The translations under genes and the position numbers were made by a program. A DNA stretch of 64,000 nt from Fidelibacterota bacterium (GTDB taxonomy: Bacteria > Fidelibacterota > UBA2242): assembly GCA_049975265.1 (NCBI GenBank), contig JBNGDF010000006.1, positions 65,160-129,159 of the forward strand, given 5' to 3'. Below are positions 48,304 to 57,355 of the stretch, piece by piece (the first letter of the stretch is position 1; the number at the start of each line of letters is the position of its first letter). The notes beneath the pieces are model-generated. The model did no database searches. It was not told the origin of the DNA and was given only the letters and a program-made list of their open reading frames with translations.

Positions 48304-49959
48304 TTACTTAAATACCGGTATAGTCAATTCGAAAATTGTCTTTTCAGCCGCTATGGTCTTCGCCCTGAATTTAACCCCGTAGCGTTCCAGCAGCATATAG
48401 GCATTGTGCAGCTGCACGGTTTTTACATTGTCCGTCTCTTTCCATGGTGTTTTACCCCTCTGTTGCAGGGAAAAGAACGGGGTAATAATGGTCTGTAAAT
48501 CTTCTGTAGTCAGCCGTCGACCCGAATAAGTCAGGATCAGGGATATACTATTTTGATCGGATGTATCAGCGATCCGGAGTGTCGGTTGTGGCACATCCGC
48601 CATGGCATCAATACAAAATTCGATGATGCCGGCAAGGGCGAGGGAAAAATCGCTGTAATACCCCCGGATTGCCGGAATCGTCCGATCCAGATCAAAACGA
48701 ATATCCACCCGGTCTCTGACGTATTGATTGGATTTGATGAACAGAACCTCGGTCCTGATCAGATCATTCAGATCGATATCCATGATTTTGTCAGTTCGCA
48801 CCAGCTTGGCTTTTTTCAGGAAAATGTCCGCCATCTGGAGAATCTTGCCGGCATTGGAAATGATGATTTCCGGTTCCCTGAGGTCCGGCATTTTCTGCTG
48901 CAGCAGCTGGGCTCTCCCGATAATCACCGCCAATTCATTGCGCATATTATGGATAATTCCATCGGCAAATAGTCCCATACTGGAGACTTTCTGGCGTTTC
49001 ATCAGGTCTACCTCCAGTTTATGCTGGTATTTTTCCGCCTCTTTCCGCTCGCTGATATCGCTGATGATGGCAAACGTCGCCGGGGCACCTTGATAATCGA
49101 TGATACTTACATTGGCTTCCACATGCAGATAATCACCATTTTTTCGTTTAAAAACCGTCTCGTAGCGTGACGGGACGTTCGCGCCCTGTTTCCGTCGCCT
49201 GGCGCGTTCCTTCAGGATAGCCAACCCTTCATCGGTATACACCTGGCGATAATCCGCCATGCGGAGTTCATCGTGGCTGTAGCCCAGCATTTCGGTAAAT
49301 TGGCGGTTGAAAAAGATAAATTTATCGTTCTGGCTGATGACAATGCCGTCGTTGAGGTTCTCCACCAGCAACCGGTACCGCTCCTGTGATTCATGCAATT
49401 TCAACTCCATGGACTGATGTACAAGTACCCGGGCGGCGATCTCAGCCGCTTTCGTTACCAGCGCGATTGTTTCATCATTCCAGATGCGTTTCTGACCCAC
49501 AGAATCAAAACCGATCAAGCCTATCCGACTGTTGCTGTATTGCAGCGGAAGCGCCAGCAGCGACCGGACTCCCGGCGCTGTCAGTTTCGCTATTTCACAC
49601 ATCACCTCGTTCGGCATTTTGTGAACATCCCCAATCCGAATTGCCCCGCCGGATGATAACTGCTTACCTATCCAGGGAAATTTTTTCAGGCTGAGCCGTT
49701 GAAGTTGTTCGATCTGTGGCGCTACACCTTGGGCGCACCATTCATGTGAACAGCCGAGTGTATGGCTGCGCCGGTCCAGTTTTAAAATCCAAGCCCGGTC
49801 GGCGGATGCAAATTCAGCAATCCTTTTCAGCATCCGGTTGACCGTTTCGTCCACCTGAACCGGAGACAGATGGATAAAATCCAGCGCAATCTCCAGGATG
49901 AGTTGTTGCCACAATTCTGTCTGGTTTTTTTCCTGCATATTCGCACCAACCGGTACCAT
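48304..49959 (-). CDS. GAF-PAS-HisKA protein with degenerate ATP-binding domain
   Basis: GAF (HEWCAQG...IGLIGFDSV), PAS (...SDISERK), H-box IIHNMRN; N, G1 and G2 boxes not recognisable. Confidence 0.8.
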   Translation of the reverse strand: MVPVGANMQEKNQTELWQQLILEIALDFIHLSPVQVDETVNRMLKRIAEFASADRAWILKLDRRSHTLGCSHEWCAQGVAPQIEQLQRLSLKKFPWIGKQLSSGGAIRIGDVHKMPNEVMCEIAKLTAPGVRSLLALPLQYSNSRIGLIGFDSVGQKRIWNDETIALVTKAAEIAARVLVHQSMELKLHESQERYRLLVENLNDGIVISQNDKFIFFNRQFTEMLGYSHDELRMADYRQVYTDEGLAILKERARRRKQGANVPSRYETVFKRKNGDYLHVEANVSIIDYQGAPATFAIISDISERKEAEKYQHKLEVDLMKRQKVSSMGLFADGIIHNMRNELAVIIGRAQLLQQKMPDLREPEIIISNAGKILQMADIFLKKAKLVRTDKIMDIDLNDLIRTEVLFIKSNQYVRDRVDIRFDLDRTIPAIRGYYSDFSLALAGIIEFCIDAMADVPQPTLRIADTSDQNSISLILTYSGRRLTTEDLQTIITPFFSLQQRGKTPWKETDNVKTVQLHNAYMLLERYGVKFRAKTIAAEKTIFELTIPVFK

Positions 49960-49973
49960 TGTTCATCCGTTGG

Positions 49974-50582
49974 CTAATTCAGGTTCAATCCCGCCGTCAG
50001 AAAAAATCTGCGAAGCTTCGATATCGTGGTAAACCGATGGGAGCGGATACCCAGCCGGCGGGCAGCCCGGACATTATCCATCAGATCATCCACGAACAGA
50101 CACTCTGAGACATCATGTCCGGCAATCTCCAGTGCCTTGTGGTAAATCGCCGCTTCCGGTTTTCGGGATCGGACCTCGTAGGACAGTACCAGTGCATCAA
50201 ACTCATCCAGGATATCCGTAATCCTCCGGACCGCCCGGATATGGAGTTCGTTCGTGTTGGACAGAAGAATCAGACGAACCTGTCGTTTTAACACCGGAAT
50301 CAGTTCACAGACATCGGGAATCTCTTCAAAGGGTTTCTGCCAGATGTCGATCAGCGCCGCCATGGTGATTGGCTGGCTCAGACCACACTCGCGGTTTAGC
50401 CGGTCAATATATTCATCGGTGTCGATCAATCCCTTTTCAAATGCCTGTTCCACCGGTGACTCCGCCAGCCTCCGGACTACCGGCAGCGAGAGACCCGGCA
50501 GACGGGCGAATTCGCTCAGAATGCGCTGCTTGTCTACCCGGAGAAGCACATTGCCGAGATCAAAAAAGACAGTTCGAATCAT
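49974..50582 (-). CDS. HAD-superfamily phosphatase (YihX-like)
   Basis: FFDLGNVL, LSNTNELH, SYEV..RKP, FVDD. Confidence 0.9.
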   Translation of the reverse strand: MIRTVFFDLGNVLLRVDKQRILSEFARLPGLSLPVVRRLAESPVEQAFEKGLIDTDEYIDRLNRECGLSQPITMAALIDIWQKPFEEIPDVCELIPVLKRQVRLILLSNTNELHIRAVRRITDILDEFDALVLSYEVRSRKPEAAIYHKALEIAGHDVSECLFVDDLMDNVRAARRLGIRSHRFTTISKLRRFFLTAGLNLN

Positions 50583-50591
50583 ATAGACAGA

Positions 50592-51578
50592 CTATTTTTC
50601 ATCAACGATAATTTCCGTTTCAATCCGCCCGGTCGGTTTTTCCGAAAAGCTGCGGACGATGGGCGATTCATATTTTTCCAGTTTTTCCAGAGCCTCCTCA
50701 TCCAGAAGTTTCAGATGGGTCATAATCGCCATGGACATGGAGTCGGCGGCTTTCCAGTCCCCGCTGAGAACCTTCAGGGCAATGCCGGTATGACCACCCT
50801 CCGTCCGGATTCCGATGCCCCGGACGCCTTCAAAACCGTATCGTGAAACACCCTTGCCGTGCAGGGCGGTGATGAAATCGGTATCAAAACGACCCTTTCC
50901 TGCCAGATGTTTGGGATGAAGATTCATTACATGAAAAATCTTCTGCAGCTCTTCATCGGCGCCGGCAGCCAGCTTCCGGTACATCATTGCCAGAGAAAAG
51001 AGTCCTAAAAAGTAGGTCGGCGCATTGCTGTCATCCATCTCCACCGGGATTTTATCTTTTTCCGCATAGTGTTTCATTTTTTCAAAAATGCGTTGCTGCA
51101 CCGGGTGCTCGACTCCGGTATAGCCGTCAGTGGTAACATCCATCGCCTTGGCGATAGCAAGCATGCCGGCATGAATGCCGCTGTTGCTATTGTGCAGCGC
51201 CGTCGCCCGGCGACCCTGTAAAATCAGCTGTTCATAGCTGTTTTTATCGTGAGGCGGATGAACCCCACAGAGCAGTTCATCCACACTTACGCCGATCTTT
51301 TTCAACAAATTCGACACCGCCTCGGTCTGATATGCCTCACCGTTATGGCAACTGCAGCAGATGGCAATATCCTCATCGTTCAGATGAAACTTTTCAACGG
51401 CTCCGGAATCCAGCAAAGCTGTCGCCTGAAAAGGGCTTCCGGCTGTCTGAACAAACACCGGATACTCCAATTCCCCGGCAGAAAAGATGACATCGTTTTG
51501 ATCGTTCACAGCGACCGCATAGCCGACGTGAAAGTTGTCAATAATATCTCCCCGGTACTTTTTGGTAACTAAAATCAT
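50592..51578 (-). CDS. Class 3 (Rhizobium etli-type) L-asparaginase homologue with catalytic residues substituted
   Basis: Scaffold RGDIIDNFH, PFQA, LLCGVHPP, HAGML, HPVQQ, AGKGRFDT, GIALKV; see findings for the active site. Confidence 0.8.
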   Translation of the reverse strand: MILVTKKYRGDIIDNFHVGYAVAVNDQNDVIFSAGELEYPVFVQTAGSPFQATALLDSGAVEKFHLNDEDIAICCSCHNGEAYQTEAVSNLLKKIGVSVDELLCGVHPPHDKNSYEQLILQGRRATALHNSNSGIHAGMLAIAKAMDVTTDGYTGVEHPVQQRIFEKMKHYAEKDKIPVEMDDSNAPTYFLGLFSLAMMYRKLAAGADEELQKIFHVMNLHPKHLAGKGRFDTDFITALHGKGVSRYGFEGVRGIGIRTEGGHTGIALKVLSGDWKAADSMSMAIMTHLKLLDEEALEKLEKYESPIVRSFSEKPTGRIETEIIVDEK

Positions 51579-51592
51579 GTCAGTATTCTCCT

Positions 51593-52291
51593 TTAACTAA
51601 TCTCAATAATGCTCATAAATTCTCTGACAGCCGTGTCGAATCCCAGCAAAAAAGCCTGAGCCAGCAGGGCGCGACCCACAGACATGAACTCCACCTCAAT
51701 CACCTCGTTCAGCGCCCGGATGGTTCGCTGATTGAGCGCACCGCCTGCCGATACCCGCAGATTGTTGCGTGTCCCGATCCGGATGGTGTGTGTGATTTTT
51801 CCGAGACATTCCAGAAAGGCTGTCCGGCTGTCCAGCGCCCCTAACTCATTGGTGGCAATCTCCACCTCATCAATGCCCATCTGGTAAGCCTCCTTCATAC
51901 ATTTCACATCGGGCTTCAGCCGCAAAGCAATTCCCACATTCTCGGTACGGACGACCGCAGCGACCAGCTCTTTAACCAATTTCGATGGAATTTCAAGGCT
52001 GCCGTCCTCTGCGTCAGGATCATAGATCGTGATCAAATCCGGTCGCAACAGCATCACTTTTTGAACCATCTGCATATCTGCCGGAACCCGTATATTGATG
52101 CGGCTGCTGGTCATGGACCTCAGCAAACCCAGATTATTCATCTGTCCGATTTCCGTTCCATACCCGAAGCTGATGCCGTTCACTCCTGCGGTTTCAGCCA
52201 GTCCGATCAGGTTGAGAGGATTGGAGATCGGTGCCCCGGTGATCTTTGCCAGGGCAATGAGGGGATCAAAATTGATCTCAAAATAAGCCAT
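51593..52291 (-). CDS. PdxJ (PNP synthase)-fold protein with catalytic residues substituted
   Basis: Collinear with PdxJ: INFD, AETAGVNGI, RIN, RP, VEI.T, LRVSAG..L, VG.AL..A...G...AVRE; similar length. Confidence 0.75.
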   Translation of the reverse strand: MAYFEINFDPLIALAKITGAPISNPLNLIGLAETAGVNGISFGYGTEIGQMNNLGLLRSMTSSRINIRVPADMQMVQKVMLLRPDLITIYDPDAEDGSLEIPSKLVKELVAAVVRTENVGIALRLKPDVKCMKEAYQMGIDEVEIATNELGALDSRTAFLECLGKITHTIRIGTRNNLRVSAGGALNQRTIRALNEVIEVEFMSVGRALLAQAFLLGFDTAVREFMSIIEIS

Positions 52292-52305
52292 CTCGATTTA
52301 TCCTT

Positions 52306-53463
52306 TCACGAAACAATTTCCGAGGCAAAACAGAGCGTAATCCCCGCAAATTTGCCCGTCTCAATTAACTCCTTCAGCACCTCCAGCGTCTCCGGATAGA
52401 CATGCCCGATGGCTATCGCAGAACCGCGCCTTTTTGCCACCTCTATGGCTTTTTCAATCTGAACCTGAATAGCACTTTTATCTCTCTGATTGTCAAGAAA
52501 TACCGAGCGACAGGCGGCCGGCAATCCCTGACTGCGCGCTGCTTCATAAGCAACACTGCGGGGCGAGGTGAAGCTGTCCACGAAAAACAGCCCCTTCTCG
52601 CGCAGACTTTTCATCACCATATTCATCAGTTCATTATCCGCCGTCGCCAGTGAACCCATATGATTGTTCATCCCCGTTGCTTCCGGCAACTCCATCAGAG
52701 CCGCCGCAATTCTCTCCTCCACCTCCAGGCGACGCATTGCCTGCCGAATCATATACTGATCCTCACCGGTCTTGTATTCGGTGCGTTCCGGCTCCATCGG
52801 CATATGAATCAAAATCTCTTTGTTGTGCCTGCTGCCTTCTGCGGCGGTCCAGCGGGAATAGGGATGTCCGGGAATCACCGAAAAAGTTAATTTTTCATTG
52901 AGGCGGATGAATCCCCTGATCACGTCGTTGTTGCTGTACCCGAAATCGTCAATAATGATTGCCAGTTTCGGTTTTTGGCGCAACTCACCTTTTAAAATAT
53001 AGTAATCCCGGGGCTGCACGTCGCTTAAAAAGGTGATGGCACCCAGCGACTGGTTGTAATAATCCACCATTGCAATAAAGCCGCGCCCGTTCGCAAATCG
53101 GTTGATATGGCGAACCGAGCAGCCGTCGCGCTGCACCAGCGGTCCGATCATTTTGACCGCGGCGTCCACCGTCATATCACCGGGAATCGTAAATGCCAGA
53201 ATCAGACTGCTGCTTTCATCGCTTTCGATCTGGATTTCGGAAAAGCCTTGCGCTGCCAGTTCCGCCTTAATCCTGTTATTGAGAATAGTGCGACCTTCGA
53301 GGTGGATGATACTCCGGGAGGGTGCCGAGCGGGGATAAAAATATAACAGAATTAAAGTCAGCAATCCCAGAATGCCAATAAAAACAGCCGTCAGACGTTT
53401 CTCATCTTTCCGACGATTGGCAACCACTCTGTCTGGTTTTTTAAGATATCGGTTGATTTTCAT
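52306..53463 (-). CDS. Membrane-anchored divergent polysaccharide deacetylase (YibQ-like)
   Basis: N-terminal TM; AIIIDDFG, HMPMEP, NNHMGS, FVDS, VFLDN, AIAIGH. Confidence 0.92.
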   Translation of the reverse strand: MKINRYLKKPDRVVANRRKDEKRLTAVFIGILGLLTLILLYFYPRSAPSRSIIHLEGRTILNNRIKAELAAQGFSEIQIESDESSSLILAFTIPGDMTVDAAVKMIGPLVQRDGCSVRHINRFANGRGFIAMVDYYNQSLGAITFLSDVQPRDYYILKGELRQKPKLAIIIDDFGYSNNDVIRGFIRLNEKLTFSVIPGHPYSRWTAAEGSRHNKEILIHMPMEPERTEYKTGEDQYMIRQAMRRLEVEERIAAALMELPEATGMNNHMGSLATADNELMNMVMKSLREKGLFFVDSFTSPRSVAYEAARSQGLPAACRSVFLDNQRDKSAIQVQIEKAIEVAKRRGSAIAIGHVYPETLEVLKELIETGKFAGITLCFASEIVS

Positions 53464-53582
53464 ATCATACTTTCAATCGTAGAAAAGTACGAAATTTCCA
53501 TTTTATTATCAAATAGAGAATCACACCGCGGATAAGGTTTTTAATATTGCCTCTCAGGAATTAAATTCCTGTCAGATATGAG

Positions 53583-54596
53583 GTGGATATGATTAAGATC
53601 GGAGTAGTTGGGGCAGGTCATCTGGGACGCTGGCACATTAAAAATCTGAAGGCTTTGGAAACGGTGGATCTCATCGGATTTTATGATGTTGATCCCGAAC
53701 GCCGGGCTGTGATTGCCGCAGAGTATGGAGTCGCTTCCTTCGACTCGCTGGTGGCGTTGCTGGAACGGTGTGAAGCCGTTTCCATTGTGGTTCCGACCCG
53801 GTCACACTATGAAGTAGCGCGCGCGGCTCTCGACCATAACAGGCATGTTTTCTGCGAGAAACCGTTTATGCAGACCCTCGCTGAAGCCGATGACATCATT
53901 GCCCTGGCAAAGCAAAAGAGACTGGTGTTGCAGGTTGGTCACATCGAACGTTTCAATCCCGCTCTGGCAGGTATCGCAGATTTTCCCATCAAGCCGCTCT
54001 TTATCGAATCCCACCGGATCAGCCCGTTCAATCCAAGAGGTACGGATGTAGCCGTGATTCTGGACCTGATGATTCACGATATTGACATTGTGCTGTCGCT
54101 GGTAACGTCCGAACTTACGCAGATTGACGCCTCGGGAGCGCCGGTCCTGACCGACACCATTGATATCGCCAATGCCCGACTCAAATTCGCCAACGGTTGC
54201 GTCGCCAATATTACCGCGAGCCGCGTCTCCAGTAAGCAGATGCGGAAACTCCGCATTTTTCAAAAAGATGCTTACCTCTCCATCGATTTTCTGAAAAACC
54301 AGACCAATATCTATTCATTGGTGCATACTCCCGACGAAGTCACAACCGGTGCGGTTTCCATAGCCGAGCTTAAAATCGACGACAGACAGACCCGCCTGAT
54401 CACCTATCGGGAAATCCACACCACCGAATCCAATGCGCTGCTGGCGGAGCTGCGCGCTTTCAGTCGTTCTATTATCGAGGGCACACCACCGCCGGTGACC
54501 GGAGCAGACGGAAAACGGGCTCTGGAAATTGCCCTGCAAATCGAAAAACTGGTCCAAGCATCCTTGCAGAAAGTAATCAACCATGACACTGCGTAA
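53583..54596 (+). CDS. Gfo/Idh/MocA oxidoreductase, GnnA-like (UDP-GlcNAc 3-dehydrogenase candidate)
   Basis: GAGHLG, CEKP, QVGHIERFNP, DVAVILDLMIHDID, ANITASRVS; first gene of an lpxB/lpxK operon. Confidence 0.85.
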   Translation: MDMIKIGVVGAGHLGRWHIKNLKALETVDLIGFYDVDPERRAVIAAEYGVASFDSLVALLERCEAVSIVVPTRSHYEVARAALDHNRHVFCEKPFMQTLAEADDIIALAKQKRLVLQVGHIERFNPALAGIADFPIKPLFIESHRISPFNPRGTDVAVILDLMIHDIDIVLSLVTSELTQIDASGAPVLTDTIDIANARLKFANGCVANITASRVSSKQMRKLRIFQKDAYLSIDFLKNQTNIYSLVHTPDEVTTGAVSIAELKIDDRQTRLITYREIHTTESNALLAELRAFSRSIIEGTPPPVTGADGKRALEIALQIEKLVQASLQKVINHDTA

Positions 54597-55176
54597 ATTT
54601 TTCTTCCGGTACCGGGGTCTGACGCCGCTGCCCTTTATCATAATTCTGCTATACCAGTCCGATCCGACCAAATACGGGCTGGTTTACGGACTGTGGATTG
54701 TAATTTTGGGAGAATCGATCCGCATTGCCGGTGTCCGGCAGGCCGGTGGAAATACCCGCACCCGCCGGGTCGGTGCCAAAAAACTGGTTACCTCCGGGAT
54801 TTACGCCCATGTCCGCAATCCGCTCTACCTCGGAAATATCCTGATTTACGGAGGCTTCGCCGTGGCTGCCGGTGGTCCCTGGGTGGTGTACCTGACGATC
54901 TTCGCGCTGCTTTATTTCGGTATTCAATACGGCTTCATCATCTCTCTGGAGGAAACAAAACTGACAGAGCTGTTTGGTGCAAAATACCGTGCCTATACCG
55001 CCCACGTACCGCGCCTGCTCCCGCGTCTACACCGCTGGCAAGGTGCCGGTCAACAACCGCCCAAAAAGTGGAAAAACGTCCTGAAATCCGAAAAGTCCAC
55101 CCTCCTGAATCAGGCGGTTTTATTAATCGTTATCATAATTAAAGAGATAACGTTCACACAGCCCTATGTCTTCTAA
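54583..55176 (+). CDS. ICMT/PEMT-family membrane methyltransferase; LmtA-like lipid A phosphate methyltransferase candidate
   Basis: GESIR, LVTSGIYAHVRNPLYLGN, EE..L...FG..Y..Y...VPR; overlaps lpxB. Confidence 0.8.
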   Translation: MTLRKFFFRYRGLTPLPFIIILLYQSDPTKYGLVYGLWIVILGESIRIAGVRQAGGNTRTRRVGAKKLVTSGIYAHVRNPLYLGNILIYGGFAVAAGGPWVVYLTIFALLYFGIQYGFIISLEETKLTELFGAKYRAYTAHVPRLLPRLHRWQGAGQQPPKKWKNVLKSEKSTLLNQAVLLIVIIIKEITFTQPYVF

Positions 55177-56293
55177 ACATATTTTCATATCCGCCGGTGA
55201 ACTCTCCGGCGATCTCCATGGCGGCAAACTGATCACCGAAATCCGGCGCCAGCAACCCGGTATTCGGATCAGCGCCATCGGTGGCGACACGATGAATAGT
55301 GCCGGTGCGGAATTACTCTACCACATCCGGGAAACCTCGTTTATGGGATTCGCCGAGGTTATCCGGCATCTGCCGTTTATCTTTACACTCTGGAAACAGA
55401 CGATAAAACATATCGATACCAACCGCCCCGATCTGGCGGTTATGATCGATTACCCCGGCTTTAATCTGCGCCTTGCCAGAGCACTGACAAGGCGCAGGAT
55501 ACCCGTGGTTTACTATATCAGTCCGCAGGTGTGGGCATGGCACCAGGCGCGGGTTAAAAAAATCCGCAAATACACCCGGCTGGTCCTGTGCATCCTGCCT
55601 TTCGAAGAAAAATGGCTGCAAGCCCACCGCGTCAGGGCACGCTTCGTCGGTCATCCGCTCAAAGACCAAATCTCCCAAACAGCCCCACCCGCTGAAGCAC
55701 CCAAAAGGATCACCCCGGCAGAAGCTACGCCTCTGATTGGCCTATTCCCCGGCAGTCGTCAGCAGGAGGTACGGCGCCACCTGCCCGTTATGCTGGAGGC
55801 AGTGAGCCACCTGAAACGCCGGTATCCCGACCTGCACGCAGCAATTTCCATAGCGCCGGACATTGATATCTCTACTTTTAAAAAAGCCTTTCGTCACAAA
55901 TGGATTCACCGGCGACGAAACAGCAGCCATCAAATTATTCGGGAAGCCGATCTGGTGATCATGTCCTCTGGTACAGCCACGCTGGAGGCAACCCTGCTCC
56001 GGACACCGCTGATCGTCATCTACCGGCTTTCCGGCTTATCCTATCTTCTGGGAAAAATTCTGATCAGGGTTCCCTATATCAGCCTCTCAAATCTAATCGC
56101 CAACCGACAGGGTATCAGCGAATTTATTCAGCATAACGCCACCTCCCGAAACATTGCCGCCGAAGCCGAAAAACTGTTGTCCGATCGGGAATATCGCACC
56201 AGAATGCTCAAATTTATGTCGGATGTGGATGCGAAACTGGGACCGCCTGGCACCTCAGAACGAGCCGCCCGGCTGATCCTGAATTTGTTGTAA
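55166..56293 (+). CDS. lpxB: Lipid A disaccharide synthase
   Basis: AGELSGDLHG, IDYPGFN, YYISPQVWAW, ILPFE, FVGHP, PGSR, SGTATLE. Confidence 0.97.
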   Translation: MSSKHIFISAGELSGDLHGGKLITEIRRQQPGIRISAIGGDTMNSAGAELLYHIRETSFMGFAEVIRHLPFIFTLWKQTIKHIDTNRPDLAVMIDYPGFNLRLARALTRRRIPVVYYISPQVWAWHQARVKKIRKYTRLVLCILPFEEKWLQAHRVRARFVGHPLKDQISQTAPPAEAPKRITPAEATPLIGLFPGSRQQEVRRHLPVMLEAVSHLKRRYPDLHAAISIAPDIDISTFKKAFRHKWIHRRRNSSHQIIREADLVIMSSGTATLEATLLRTPLIVIYRLSGLSYLLGKILIRVPYISLSNLIANRQGISEFIQHNATSRNIAAEAEKLLSDREYRTRMLKFMSDVDAKLGPPGTSERAARLILNLL

Positions 56294-57355
56294 ATGACTC
56301 GGTTTAAACTGATCATAACAGCACTTTTAATACCTTTGTTAATCCCCATTGCCGGGATTTACCGGATAATTATCAATATCCGCAACCGGCTCTATGATAC
56401 CGGTTTCAGGAAACAGGTTTTCTGCGGTGTTCCGGTGATTTCTGTCGGGAACATCACCCTTGGCGGGACCGGTAAAACACCCCTGGTCATCGAATTGGCT
56501 AACTGGCTGACTCGACTCGGTTATTCACCGGGGATTATCAGCCGCGGTTATAAGCGCTCAAGCCGTGGGCAGCAGATTGTAAAAAACCGCACCGAAATCT
56601 TGCAGCCCTCACTGGTTGCCGGTGACGAGCCGTTTCTGATGGCAACAAAAACCGACCGTGTGGTTATCATCGTTGATGCCGACCGCGTCGCCGCCGCGGC
56701 AACGGCGGTCAACCGATTTGGTTGTGATATCCTGATTGCCGATGATGCCTTCCAGCACCGCCGACTAGGACGCAATCTCGATATCGTGCTCTGGGACATT
56801 GACCTGAATCCAAACCGCTGTCGGCTGCTACCCGCCGGTCGTCTGCGAGAACCGTTGCAGAGCCTGCAACGTGCCGATATACTGTTCATCTCCCGGACTG
56901 ATAAAATCCCGGACGAGTATTATTCCACATTACAAAAAGTACATCACGCTCTTTTTATGGCACCGCTGTCCCGCCACATTCGCCATATCAGGAGCCTTTC
57001 TGATAATACCGAATATCCGCAGGACCAGTTGACGGGTGTCGCGGTGCTGGCTTTCTGCGGACTGGGGAATCCAAATCAATTTTTCAATATGATCACCCTG
57101 CTGACCGGCGTCCCACCTGTTCAGAAAACCTTCCCGGATCATTATCGGTACACGACCCGGGACATACAATTATTGACGCAGCAGGCAGACCAGTCCGGCT
57201 GTCGCTTTCTGGTTACCACCCGGAAAGATGCTGTAAATCTACCCGCCTCCGCAAACAGTCTCGCGAATCTGCTGGTCATTGATATTGAATATATAATCGA
57301 TGAAAAAAGTAAGGCGGCAATTCTACACAAATTGCCGCCTAAACAGCTCCATTAA
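56294..57355 (+). CDS. lpxK: Tetraacyldisaccharide 4'-kinase
   Basis: SVGNITLGGTGKTP, SRGY, GDEP, DDAFQH, LPAGRLRE, FPDHY, TTRKD. Confidence 0.97.
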   Translation: MTRFKLIITALLIPLLIPIAGIYRIIINIRNRLYDTGFRKQVFCGVPVISVGNITLGGTGKTPLVIELANWLTRLGYSPGIISRGYKRSSRGQQIVKNRTEILQPSLVAGDEPFLMATKTDRVVIIVDADRVAAAATAVNRFGCDILIADDAFQHRRLGRNLDIVLWDIDLNPNRCRLLPAGRLREPLQSLQRADILFISRTDKIPDEYYSTLQKVHHALFMAPLSRHIRHIRSLSDNTEYPQDQLTGVAVLAFCGLGNPNQFFNMITLLTGVPPVQKTFPDHYRYTTRDIQLLTQQADQSGCRFLVTTRKDAVNLPASANSLANLLVIDIEYIIDEKSKAAILHKLPPKQLH

